Assembly: GCA_964618855.1 (NCBI GenBank)
Contig: CAZUCD010000092.1
Coordinates: forward strand, 1-12,690
Direction of reading: 5' to 3'
Origin: an uncultured Candidatus Sumerlaeota bacterium
GTDB taxonomy: Bacteria; Sumerlaeota; Sumerlaeia; SLMS01; JANRJK01
DNA: 12,690 nucleotides
Shown: positions 1 to 7,175 of the stretch, piece after piece
How the letters are laid out: each line of letters starts with the position of its first letter
How positions within the stretch are numbered: position 1 is the stretch's first letter
Translations under genes and position numbers: made by a program
Notes under the pieces: model-generated
What the model saw: the letters and a program-made list of their open reading frames with translations, nothing else
What the model was told of the DNA's origin: nothing
The model's database searches: none

Positions 1-1258
1 GCTCGCGCACGGCATCGCGCCGGGCGACTCACCGGAGATGGTCGCCGCGGGGGCGCGCGCGGCGGAGAACCTGCGCGACGCGGGGCTCAACGCCGAGGCA
101 CTCGCCGCGTGGCGGGCAACGCTCGCGGCCATGGAGCGCAGCGGCCGCTCCTCACCTGGGGAGCGCGCGTCCGTGCTGGTGTCGATCGCGGAGTCGCTCT
201 CCGCGCTGGGGCGCTGGGACGAGGCGCTGGAGGCCCTCGGGCGCGCCGAAGTGCTCGTGCCCGGGGCGGACACGGAGTTGGGCGCGACCCGCGCGGAGGT
301 GCTCGCCATGGTCGGGCGCGTGCAGGGCCGCCGCGGCGCCATGAAGGAGAGCATCGACGCGCAGCGCGAGGCCCTCGCGATCCTCGATGCGCTCCCCGGC
401 GAACGCAGGAACAACAGGTTCCTCCTCGTTTCAGAGCTCGCAGGCTCCCTCGCGGCCACCGGGCAGTTCGGTGAGGCGCTCGCACTCGCCGACGAGGCAC
501 TCGCGTGGCGCGAGAAGGAGTCGGGGCCGGACAACCCGCAGACTGCGAACGCCCTGAACGTCAAGGCCGCCATCCTCAGCCGCATGGAGCGCCCCGCGGA
601 CGCGCTCCCACTGATGGAGCGCGCCCTCGGCATCCTCGAGAAGTCGCTCGGACCGGAGCACCCAGGCACCATCGCCGTCACTGGCAACATCGCCACGATA
701 CGCAGCAACCTCGGCCTCGCAGCCGAGGCGATCCCCGCGTTCGAGCACGTGCTGGCATGGAGGCGCGCGAACCTGGGGACCGACCACCCGGGCACGGCCA
801 CGACAATGGTCAACCTCGCGGCGGCCTATGCCGACGTCGGGCGGCTGGAGGATGCTCTCCTCCTGTTCCGCGAGGGCCTCGCCGCGCGCGAGGCAAAGCT
901 CGACCCGCGCAGCCCGCAGCTCCTCGACGCCCGCATCCACCTCCTGGCGCACCTCGGCAGGATGGGGACGCTGGCCCACCGCGCAGGACGCGCGGACGAG
1001 GCGAAGGCCCGTGCGGAAGAGTTCATCGCCGTGCTCGCAGGGCACGAGGAGGCCGTCTTCGCCAGGCAGCCCGCCAGGAGGATCGACCTCGCCGTGGCCA
1101 CCTTCCACGCCGGCAAGGGCGGGAACGCGGCACGCATGCTCCGCGAGATTGTCGAGTCGGGCGCCTACCGCGAGTGGGGCCCCGAGGCGCTGGAAGTCCT
1201 CGCGAACGCCAGCAGGCTGGCGGGCGCCGAACCGCCCCCGGAGGCGTCCCGGAGATAG
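1..1258 (+). CDS. TPR-repeat protein (kinesin-light-chain-like TPR_10/TPR_12 repeats), 5'-partial; first in-window ATG at 38
   Basis: A long ORF with GC3-rich codon usage. It carries repeated ~42-aa units of the form 'NLA..Y...G....A......AL.I.E..LG..HP.T', as in 'HPGTIAVTGNIATIRSNLG' and 'HPGTATTMVNLAAAYADVGRLEDALLLFREGLAAREAKL'. The reading frame stays open upstream of the ATG at 38 back to the window edge, so the gene probably starts outside the window. Stop at 1256-1258. Confidence 0.75.
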   Translation, partial: LAHGIAPGDSPEMVAAGARAAENLRDAGLNAEALAAWRATLAAMERSGRSSPGERASVLVSIAESLSALGRWDEALEALGRAEVLVPGADTELGATRAEVLAMVGRVQGRRGAMKESIDAQREALAILDALPGERRNNRFLLVSELAGSLAATGQFGEALALADEALAWREKESGPDNPQTANALNVKAAILSRMERPADALPLMERALGILEKSLGPEHPGTIAVTGNIATIRSNLGLAAEAIPAFEHVLAWRRANLGTDHPGTATTMVNLAAAYADVGRLEDALLLFREGLAAREAKLDPRSPQLLDARIHLLAHLGRMGTLAHRAGRADEAKARAEEFIAVLAGHEEAVFARQPARRIDLAVATFHAGKGGNAARMLREIVESGAYREWGPEALEVLANASRLAGAEPPPEASRR

Positions 1259-1260
1259 CG

Positions 1261-1292
1261 AAGGGGCGCGGACCCCCCGGCCCGCGCCCCTT
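1261..1292. terminator. GC-rich hairpin (11-bp perfect stem AAGGGGCGCGG / CCGCGCCCCTT, 10-nt loop) 3 nt after the TPR gene stop; candidate intrinsic terminator between convergent genes
   Basis: Perfect inverted repeat read directly from the sequence. There is no U-tract, which is usual in high-GC genomes. It lies between convergent CDS ends (1258 and 1330). Confidence 0.5.
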
Positions 1293-1306
1293 CGTTCCAT
1301 CCGCCG

Positions 1307-1322
1307 TGGGGGCCTTCCCCCA
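1307..1322. terminator. Second hairpin TGGGGG-cctt-CCCCCA, 8 nt downstream (minus strand) of the repeat-protein stop
   Basis: 6-bp perfect stem with a 4-nt loop. Its position is right for a terminator of the minus-strand gene ending at 1330. Confidence 0.4.
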
Positions 1323-1329
1323 ACGTGCG

Positions 1330-2961
1330 TCAGTCGTACGCTTCCCAGGATGCCACGGACGACGTCGGCGGGGGTGCGCCGAAGCTGAAGAACTGGTCCT
1401 CCTGCGAGGCGTTCGCCGCGAGGACGCCGCCACCGGCCTGACCGTCGCCGTTCACCACCACGTAGTCGCCGACAATCAGCGCGCCGAGCGTGATCGCCGC
1501 GCCGACCTTGTTCGTCAGCACCGTCGAGCCATTCGTCTGGATCGCCTTGCCACGGATGACGAGCGTGCCCGTGCCGATGTTTGTGGACGCCACGGACCCG
1601 CGGATCGACATGTTGCTGCCGCCCACGCGGAAGGCGCCGTCCTCGCGCTTGATGCGGCGTGCGAGGATCTCGCCCGTCGCCTGCAGGAAGCCCTCGGCCT
1701 CCACCGTCTGCCCGGCCGCAAGCTCGCCGAACGTGATCGCGACCCCCGCGTTGTTCAGCACGACCGTCGAGGCGTCCGTCGTGACCGTCTGCCCCAACAT
1801 CGTCAGCGTGCCCGTCCCTGCGTCGATCGTGTCGATCTGGCCGAAGAGACGCGTGTCGCCGACGGGATTGTCGTCGAAGTTGTCCCCTTCCCTCTTGAAC
1901 TTCGTCGCGACGATGCTGCCGTCCGCCTGGAGCAGCCCTTCGACCTCCACGAGGTTGCCAGCGGCGAAGTCGCCGATGCCGATCGTGGCGTTGTTGTCGT
2001 CCAGGAACACCGTCGATCCCGTCGTCGTGACCGTGACGGCATTGACGGTGAACGTCCCGGTGCCGAGGTCCATGGTCTCGATGAATCCGCGGAGTTCCGT
2101 GTTGTGGTTGGCCCCCGGCGTCGCGGTTTTCAGCTCGATCTGCACCGCGAGGAAGCTGCCGTCGGCCTGCGTGTTGGCCTTCACGCCGACGTAGTTGCCG
2201 ACGATGAAGGCGCCAAAGGTGAGGGGTTCGCCGTCGGCGTCCTCGTAGCGCGTCTGCGCATTCGTGGTCACGAGGTTGCCCGCGACCGTCATCGTGCCGG
2301 CGCCTGCGTCGATGGCCCCGATGAGGCCCTCGAACTTGACGTCAAAAGCCAGGTTCCCGCCCCCGAGGTCGTCCTCGATCTCGATCTCGCCCGCGAGGAT
2401 GCTGCCACTCGGGATCGGCGTGCCGCCCACCTTCACGACATCCCCCACGGCTAGGCCCGCGATGGTCGTGGGCAGGCCGTCGAGGCCCTCGTACCCCGTG
2501 AAGGCGGTCGTCTCGACGGTGACGCCATTCACCTTCAGCAGACCGGAGCCCGCATCGACGCTCTCCAGGATGCCCGTGAAGCGCTGCGTGCCGCCACCCA
2601 TGCTGCCGGAGCCCGGCTCGCGCTCGTCGACCCGGTCCGCAAGCACGGAGCCGTCCCCCTGCGGAACGCCCCGCGCCCGAATCTGCATGCCGTACTGGAA
2701 GAAGGAAAACGTGACCGTGGCACCAGCCTCGTTCTCGTAGGTGGTGGCACCGTTGGTTCGAATCGTCGTACCGTTCAGGTTAAGGGTCCCGGCGCCGGCA
2801 TCCACGCCGATGACGAGTCCCCTGATGTCCACGTTGCCCGCCCGCGCGGTCCCGGGCGCCACTGCCATCAGCAGGGCGAGCAGCGTTGCGACCGCAAGGC
2901 GCCCCACCGTCTTCAGAGCGCCTGCAACCGCTTCCGCAGGTTTCTCGAATGAATGAGACAT
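1330..2961 (-). CDS. Secreted protein with six tandem ~80-aa beta-rich repeats (resembles DUF5666-type repeat domains; family recalled from memory, unverified)
   Basis: The start at 2961 (MSHSFEKP...) is preceded by AAGGA 8 nt upstream. A signal-peptide-like N-terminus follows: 'LAVATLLALLMAVAPGTARA|GN'. Six repeats each begin '[DI]xGxGT(l/f)tvxGxxVxTxxxT' and contain 'G(D/N)xVxVxG....DGSxxAxxI'. The six-frame ORF extends to 3234 (GTG), but that extension is P/G/R-rich, lacks an RBS and would bury the signal peptide. Confidence 0.8.
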   Translation of the reverse strand: MSHSFEKPAEAVAGALKTVGRLAVATLLALLMAVAPGTARAGNVDIRGLVIGVDAGAGTLNLNGTTIRTNGATTYENEAGATVTFSFFQYGMQIRARGVPQGDGSVLADRVDEREPGSGSMGGGTQRFTGILESVDAGSGLLKVNGVTVETTAFTGYEGLDGLPTTIAGLAVGDVVKVGGTPIPSGSILAGEIEIEDDLGGGNLAFDVKFEGLIGAIDAGAGTMTVAGNLVTTNAQTRYEDADGEPLTFGAFIVGNYVGVKANTQADGSFLAVQIELKTATPGANHNTELRGFIETMDLGTGTFTVNAVTVTTTGSTVFLDDNNATIGIGDFAAGNLVEVEGLLQADGSIVATKFKREGDNFDDNPVGDTRLFGQIDTIDAGTGTLTMLGQTVTTDASTVVLNNAGVAITFGELAAGQTVEAEGFLQATGEILARRIKREDGAFRVGGSNMSIRGSVASTNIGTGTLVIRGKAIQTNGSTVLTNKVGAAITLGALIVGDYVVVNGDGQAGGGVLAANASQEDQFFSFGAPPPTSSVASWEAYD

Positions 2962-3032
2962 GCTGTGAGTCCTTTCGACTGGTGCGGGTTCCCTGAACCC
3001 CGAAAACCGACGGGAACGCGCATTTGTTGCCC

Positions 3033-3120
3033 ATGGGTGCACAACGCGTGCCGCGCCATGACCAGCGGTTTTGCCGGCTTTTTTCAGCGATTCACCTGTC
3101 ACAACATGTAATTGTGCCCG
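3033..3120 (-). promoter_or_regulatory. Relatively AT-rich putative promoter/5'-UTR region for the repeat-protein gene, including an imperfect palindrome around CCATGG (3033-3053)
   Basis: This is the only AT-enriched stretch in a ~270-nt intergenic gap (ttttgccggcttttttcagcgattcacctgtcacaacatgtaattgtg). On the minus strand it gives TTGTGA / TTACAT -35-like hexamers. I could not fix a convincing -10. Confidence 0.2.
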
Positions 3121-3141
3121 GTCGGGCGTGTAGGAATTCCC

Positions 3142-3201
3142 GGGGCCAGGGCGGCAGGGGAGGAAGTGGGGGGCCGGGGACCAGGGGTCAGGGTCGAGGG
3201 G
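3142..3201 (+). repeat. G-tract cluster (8 runs of G3-G6 within 60 nt; G-quadruplex-prone) in the intergenic region between the AAA+ ATPase gene and the repeat-protein promoter
   Basis: Runs at 3142-3145, 3149-3151, 3157-3160, 3168-3173, 3176-3179, 3184-3187, 3191-3193 and 3198-3201, separated by loops of 1-7 nt. Confidence 0.5.
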
Positions 3202-3215
3202 CCAGATCGTCTTGC

Positions 3216-3232
3216 GGGGGGGCATTCCCCCC
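3216..3232 (-). terminator. G7-CATT-C6 hairpin 3 nt downstream of the AAA+ ATPase stop codon; candidate terminator/attenuator
   Basis: GGGGGGGCATTCCCCCC read directly from the sequence. Stop codon TGA at 3235-3237 (minus strand). No U-tract. Confidence 0.35.
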
Positions 3233-3234
3233 AC

Positions 3235-5028
3235 TCACCCCCTCGCTAGCAGCAACCCCAGCTCCTCCTCCAGTTCCTCGCGCGGCTTTGCGGCAAGGGA
3301 GGGTGGCAGCAGGGATTTGCGGGAGCACTCCAGCGCGGCGTGCAGGGTCTGGATGCGGCGCTGGCGCGCGATCTGGCCGGCGAGCATGTTGCCGACGGCG
3401 GTCAGGATGTCCGCAAACGCGAGGTCCCCGCGCAGCGCGCGCTCGGCCTTCAACTCGACGACGAGTTCGTTGAAGTCGGCGGGCGAGTACGCGGCGGTCA
3501 GCCTCCCGAGCTCCGCGAACTCCTCAGGCTTCAGCGTCGCCGCGTCGCAGCCGGCGCGCTTGAGGATGTGGCGGACGTAGGCGTCGCGGTCGTCACCCTC
3601 GGGGTCGAAGACGGGAAGGTGCAGCCCCGCGCGGCCGGAGCGCTTCAGGTCCGGCGCCAGATTGTCCGGCCGCGCCGTCAGAAGCAGCCACACGATTCGT
3701 CCGCGGTTGCGCGGGTCCCCCATCATCTTGATCACGTTGCCGAACAGGCGCGCCTCGGTCTCGTGCGTGTTTGCGCCGGGGCGCCCAAAGACCGTGTCCG
3801 CCTCGTCGATCAGGATGATCACGTTGCCGAGCGCCTCCAGGACGTTCTTGAGGCGCTCGAACGTTTGGTCGGTCTGCCCGAAGTACATCCCGCGCAGGTT
3901 CTTGAGTACGATGACGAGGCGGTCGCACTCGGCGGCCCACGCCTCGAAGATGAAAGTCTTTCCGACGCCGTTCGGTCCGGCGACGAGGATGCCGGTGGGG
4001 GCGACGGAGGGGTCGCGCTTGGCGAGGAGCTTCTGCATCCGTGACAGCTCGGCCTTCAGCGCGGTCGCGCCGATCACGTCGGCCATCGAGTGCGCGGGCT
4101 TCACCACCTCGATCTTGTCCCCGAGCTCGCTGACAAGGAGCCGGTTGAGGCTTTCGAGGATGTCCCCCTCCTCCAGTTCGTTCCCCTGGTAGCGCGCCTT
4201 GAGGAAGAGGTTTTCGAGGTTGAGCAGCGTCATGCCGGCGGTGATCTCGGCGAGTTCGCGCTGGCTGCGCCGAAGCTTCACCGTCCTTCCCGTGCGCGCG
4301 TGCATCCAGCGGATGAACTCGCGGCGCTCGTCCGCGCCGGGACGCGGCACCTCGATCAGCGACACGGAGGGCAGGCGGCGCAGGCCCTCGTGGATGCTGG
4401 CCAGCGTGGGCGCCACGAGGATCACCTGCTCGGCGGACTCCTGGAACTCGGGGTCCGAGAACCACTCCGTCATCAGGGTGAGCTTCTGCCGGTCGGTGTC
4501 GCTCATCTGCGGCAGCGCGTTGTCCGGGATCAGCGTCTCGGCGTGCTTGACGATGATGGTGATGCCGTTCTGGGCGGGGCCGGTGCGGCGCCTGCGCGCG
4601 AGCTTGGTGATTTCCTCCAGGAGGCGCAGCGACAGGAGGGAGTACACCTCGGACTCCGCGATGCCGCGCATGAAGCGCTGGGCGCGCGCCTTCTGCTCGG
4701 CGGGGCCGAGCGCCCCCGACATGTCCTCCGCCGCGTACCAGTCGCGCAGGGCGTTGAACGCCTCGCTGGACGTGAAGGAAATGCCGCGCGCGATGTTGTA
4801 CGTCAGCACGAACCGGCCCTTCGACTCCAGGCGCTTGGCGATGTACTCGTCGAGGTATGCAAACCGGTCCGGGCCGTTGCGGTCCGACGACACGACGCCA
4901 TGGCCGTCGATCAGGTCCGCGACGTTCCCCGTCACGATGAACTGGTTGCTCTGGCGGGAGAGGAACCGGTCCACCATCTCCCGGAAGAATGGGGCGAGCT
5001 TGTCGTCCCCTGCGTCGCTGGCGTTCAT
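3235..5028 (-). CDS. Tandem AAA+ ATPase, classic clade: degenerate N-terminal AAA-like domain plus active C-terminal AAA domain
   Basis: C-terminal domain: Walker A 'GPNGVGKT', Walker B 'ILIDEAD', and a second region of homology '[19 protein letters not shown]' that matches the classic-clade TNRPDxLDPALxRPGRFD. N-terminal ~330 aa: Walker A-less '[11 protein letters not shown]', 'IIVKHAE', and an SRH-like '[38 protein letters not shown]'. Start ATG at 5028, with GGAG 10 nt upstream, lying 7 nt after the stop of the ABC ATPase gene. Confidence 0.9.
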   Translation of the reverse strand: MNASDAGDDKLAPFFREMVDRFLSRQSNQFIVTGNVADLIDGHGVVSSDRNGPDRFAYLDEYIAKRLESKGRFVLTYNIARGISFTSSEAFNALRDWYAAEDMSGALGPAEQKARAQRFMRGIAESEVYSLLSLRLLEEITKLARRRRTGPAQNGITIIVKHAETLIPDNALPQMSDTDRQKLTLMTEWFSDPEFQESAEQVILVAPTLASIHEGLRRLPSVSLIEVPRPGADERREFIRWMHARTGRTVKLRRSQRELAEITAGMTLLNLENLFLKARYQGNELEEGDILESLNRLLVSELGDKIEVVKPAHSMADVIGATALKAELSRMQKLLAKRDPSVAPTGILVAGPNGVGKTFIFEAWAAECDRLVIVLKNLRGMYFGQTDQTFERLKNVLEALGNVIILIDEADTVFGRPGANTHETEARLFGNVIKMMGDPRNRGRIVWLLLTARPDNLAPDLKRSGRAGLHLPVFDPEGDDRDAYVRHILKRAGCDAATLKPEEFAELGRLTAAYSPADFNELVVELKAERALRGDLAFADILTAVGNMLAGQIARQRRIQTLHAALECSRKSLLPPSLAAKPREELEEELGLLLARG

Positions 5029-5035
5029 CGTCGGG

Positions 5036-5956
5036 TCACTCCGTGGGTCGGATCGCGTCGGGGTGCGTCATCGGAAACTGGTCCGGGGGTACGGCCTTCT
5101 CGCGTGAGAACCCCGCGTCGAGAATCTGCTGGACCAGGCGCGGGAAGTCCGGGTGGCGGCGCAGCTCCGCGTGCGACACGTCCGGGGACGCGAGGTCTGC
5201 GACGATCTTTGCGCCCTCGACCGGCCCCGCCGCGGACTTGCGGAACTGCGAGAACACGAGCACGCGCGAGGCGAGGAACACCGCCTCCTCGATGTCGTGC
5301 GTGACGAAGAAGATGGTGCCCCTGCGCTCGCGGTGGATCTCGAGCAGCCAGTCCTGGAGCGAGTCGCGCGTGCCCGGGTCGAGCGCCCCGAACGGCTCGT
5401 CCATCAACAGGATCTGCGGCTCCATGACGAGGGCCTGCGCGATGGCGACGCGCTGCTGCTGCCCGCCGGAGAGTTGGTACGGGAACTTCCACGCGTGCTC
5501 GGCCAGGCCCACGCGCTCCAGGTACGAGATCGCCTTGTCGATGAACGCGCGGTGCTTGCGCCGGAACCCGGGGTACCAGAGCCACTTCGTCAGGAAGTGC
5601 ACCTGCTCGAGCTCCGGCCCGAGCGCGACGTTCTCCACCACGCGCAGGTTCGGGAAGAGCGAGTACTTCTGGTAGACGATGCCGCGGTGGCGGTCGGGGT
5701 GTTCCGGCTCCGCGCCGAAGAGGCGCAGGCTGCCACCCTTGGGCCGCTCCGCGCCGAGGATCAGCCGCAGGAACGTGGACTTGCCGCATCCCGACGGCCC
5801 CACGACGGACGTGAACTCCCCCGCGCGCAGCCTCAGGTCGATCGCGTCCAGCACGGTCTTCTCCCGCCCGAGCTTGGCGTCGTGGTAGCGCTGCACCACG
5901 CCATCCGCCTCGACGGCCCACCTGGTGGTCGCGGATGCCTCCGGCGCGGCGTTCAT
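5036..5956 (-). CDS. ABC transporter ATP-binding protein, nitrate/sulfonate/taurine (NitT/TauT; SsuB/TauB-like) family, with ~70-aa C-terminal extension
   Basis: Walker A 'GPSGCGKST'; signature '[15 protein letters not shown]'; Walker B '[12 protein letters not shown]' (FGALD is typical of the SsuB/TauB/NrtD group); H-loop 'FVTHD'. Start MNAAPEAS at 5956. The six-frame ORF runs to 6193, but only in a frame that overlaps the permease gene. Confidence 0.9.
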   Translation of the reverse strand: MNAAPEASATTRWAVEADGVVQRYHDAKLGREKTVLDAIDLRLRAGEFTSVVGPSGCGKSTFLRLILGAERPKGGSLRLFGAEPEHPDRHRGIVYQKYSLFPNLRVVENVALGPELEQVHFLTKWLWYPGFRRKHRAFIDKAISYLERVGLAEHAWKFPYQLSGGQQQRVAIAQALVMEPQILLMDEPFGALDPGTRDSLQDWLLEIHRERRGTIFFVTHDIEEAVFLASRVLVFSQFRKSAAGPVEGAKIVADLASPDVSHAELRRHPDFPRLVQQILDAGFSREKAVPPDQFPMTHPDAIRPTE

Positions 5957-6984
5957 CGAATCTCCGCCCACGGATAACGCCAGGAGATGAACCAACGGAT
6001 TCCCGCGTCCAGCGCGAGCCCGATCAACATCACCAGCGCCACGTACAGCAGGATCACGTTCATGCCGAGCTGGCGCTGCACGACGAAGATCCGGTAGCCG
6101 AGCCCCGCCTCCGAGGCGATCGCCTCCGACGCGATCAGGTACACCCACGCCGGCCCCAGCGCGAGGCGCACCGCGTTCAGGAACTGCGGCCACACCATCG
6201 CCAGGATCACCTTGAAGCCCACCTCCGCCGTCGAGGCCCCGAGCGTGTACGCCTTCGTGATCAGCTCCGACGGCACCTCCCGCACGCGCATCAGCACGTC
6301 CAGCACCATCGTCGGCGCGATGCCGAGCGCGATGATCGCGATCTTGGCGCTCTCCCCCGTGCCCATCGCGATGAAGATGATCGGCAGCAGCGCCAGCGGC
6401 GGGATCTTCGCCAGCCCCGAGACGAGCGGGTTCAGCAGCGCATCCACAGGCGTGAACAGCCCCATCGACAAGCCCAGGACGAGCGCGAGCCCGACGCCGA
6501 TGCCCAGTCCCGTGCCGAGGCGCTTGAGGCTCGCGGCCAGATCCACGACAACGCGGCGCTCAGTCGTCGGCACGCGCAGCACTTCCCCCGGAACCAGGGC
6601 GCGCGGCGGGTCCAGCGGCTCGCCACCCGATGGACGAATGTCCTCGGCAAAGGACGCGTCGCCGCTGACCTCGCGCGCGATCGACTCGAGCGTGTCCCCC
6701 GCGCGGACCTCGCGCTCGACGAACCGCGCCGTCCGCAGCTTCCACACGTCCCGCCACCCCTCGGCGAGCTGCGCAGCCCCCGGCATCAGCTTGTCCTTCG
6801 GGTTCTCCGCGTGGCGCTTCGCAGAAAAGTGCGAGTACGCCAGCACGATCACAAGGAACGGGATCGCGCCAAGGATGGCATGCAGCGGCCCCGGCATGGA
6901 AGAGCGCACGCGAAACATGGGAGGAATGCGCTCCGGAATGCGGATGGGTCGCAAGGTGGATTGGGGACGCGTGGCAGGCGCCAT
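5953..6984 (-). CDS. ABC transporter permease (NitT/TauT family, SsuC-like) with a LysM-like periplasmic insertion after TM1
   Basis: Multiple TM helices and an EAA-type motif 'ITKAYTLGASTAEVGFKVILAMVWP'. The stop overlaps the ATPase start as ATGA (5953-5956), indicating translational coupling. Inserted segment aa ~89-139: 'VRAGDTLESIAREVSGDASFAEDIRPSGGEPLDPPRALVPGEVLRVP'. The start is either at 6984 (GGGAG 10 nt upstream) or at 6928 (MFRVRS). Confidence 0.85.
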   Translation of the reverse strand: MAPATRPQSTLRPIRIPERIPPMFRVRSSMPGPLHAILGAIPFLVIVLAYSHFSAKRHAENPKDKLMPGAAQLAEGWRDVWKLRTARFVEREVRAGDTLESIAREVSGDASFAEDIRPSGGEPLDPPRALVPGEVLRVPTTERRVVVDLAASLKRLGTGLGIGVGLALVLGLSMGLFTPVDALLNPLVSGLAKIPPLALLPIIFIAMGTGESAKIAIIALGIAPTMVLDVLMRVREVPSELITKAYTLGASTAEVGFKVILAMVWPQFLNAVRLALGPAWVYLIASEAIASEAGLGYRIFVVQRQLGMNVILLYVALVMLIGLALDAGIRWFISWRYPWAEIR

Positions 6985-7044
6985 CGGGACGCCGCTCCCT
7001 AGGGTGCGTGGCGCCGACCCCCGCCCCCAAGACCCGGGACCCGC

Positions 7045-7137
7045 TTCCCCGAACCACCATTCTCGATTCCCGAAGTCCGCTCAAACGTTGACGACTTGCG
7101 GCGGGGGGGAGACCATCGGCACAAGTTTCCCCGGAAG
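7045..7137 (+). promoter_or_regulatory. Three copies of a TTCC(C)CG(G)AA-like motif in the divergent permease/pilT intergenic region (7045-7053, 7067-7075, 7127-7137); candidate operator/promoter elements
   Basis: Read directly: ttccccgaa, ttcccgaag, ttccccggaag. The third copy is near-palindromic (TTCC..GGAA). It lies 40-130 nt upstream of the pilT ATG. Confidence 0.25.
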
Positions 7138-7175
7138 ACCCACACGGTTCCAGGCGACAAAGGACGGGCCCCCAC

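Noticed and set aside
505-2454. 649-aa + strand ORF, and other long R/G/P-rich ORFs (for example 828..1388 +, 1490..2194 +, 3340..4044 +, 4090..5304 +, 5025..5921 -, 5153..5977 +)
   Set aside because: The translations are low-complexity Arg/Gly/Pro/Ala-rich with no recognisable motifs. They lie antisense to, or out of frame with, strongly supported genes. Stop-free shadow frames of this kind are expected at ~70% GC.
2962-3234. Extension of the repeat-protein ORF upstream to a GTG at 3234, abutting the AAA+ stop
   Set aside because: The extension translates to P/G/R-rich non-protein-like sequence. It would bury the signal peptide ~90 aa inside the protein. The ATG at 2961 has a good AAGGA RBS.
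5957-6193. Extension of the ABC ATPase ORF to 6193
   Set aside because: The extension overlaps the permease coding sequence in another frame. The ATGA stop/start overlap at 5953-5956 is the canonical coupled junction. MNAAP... is followed by a normal ABC N-terminus.
7100-7135. Possible sigma-54 promoter (GGCAC ... TTCC) upstream of pilT
   Set aside because: The -12 element lacks the conserved GC (TTCC instead of TTGC), and the spacing does not fit the GG-N10-GC rule.
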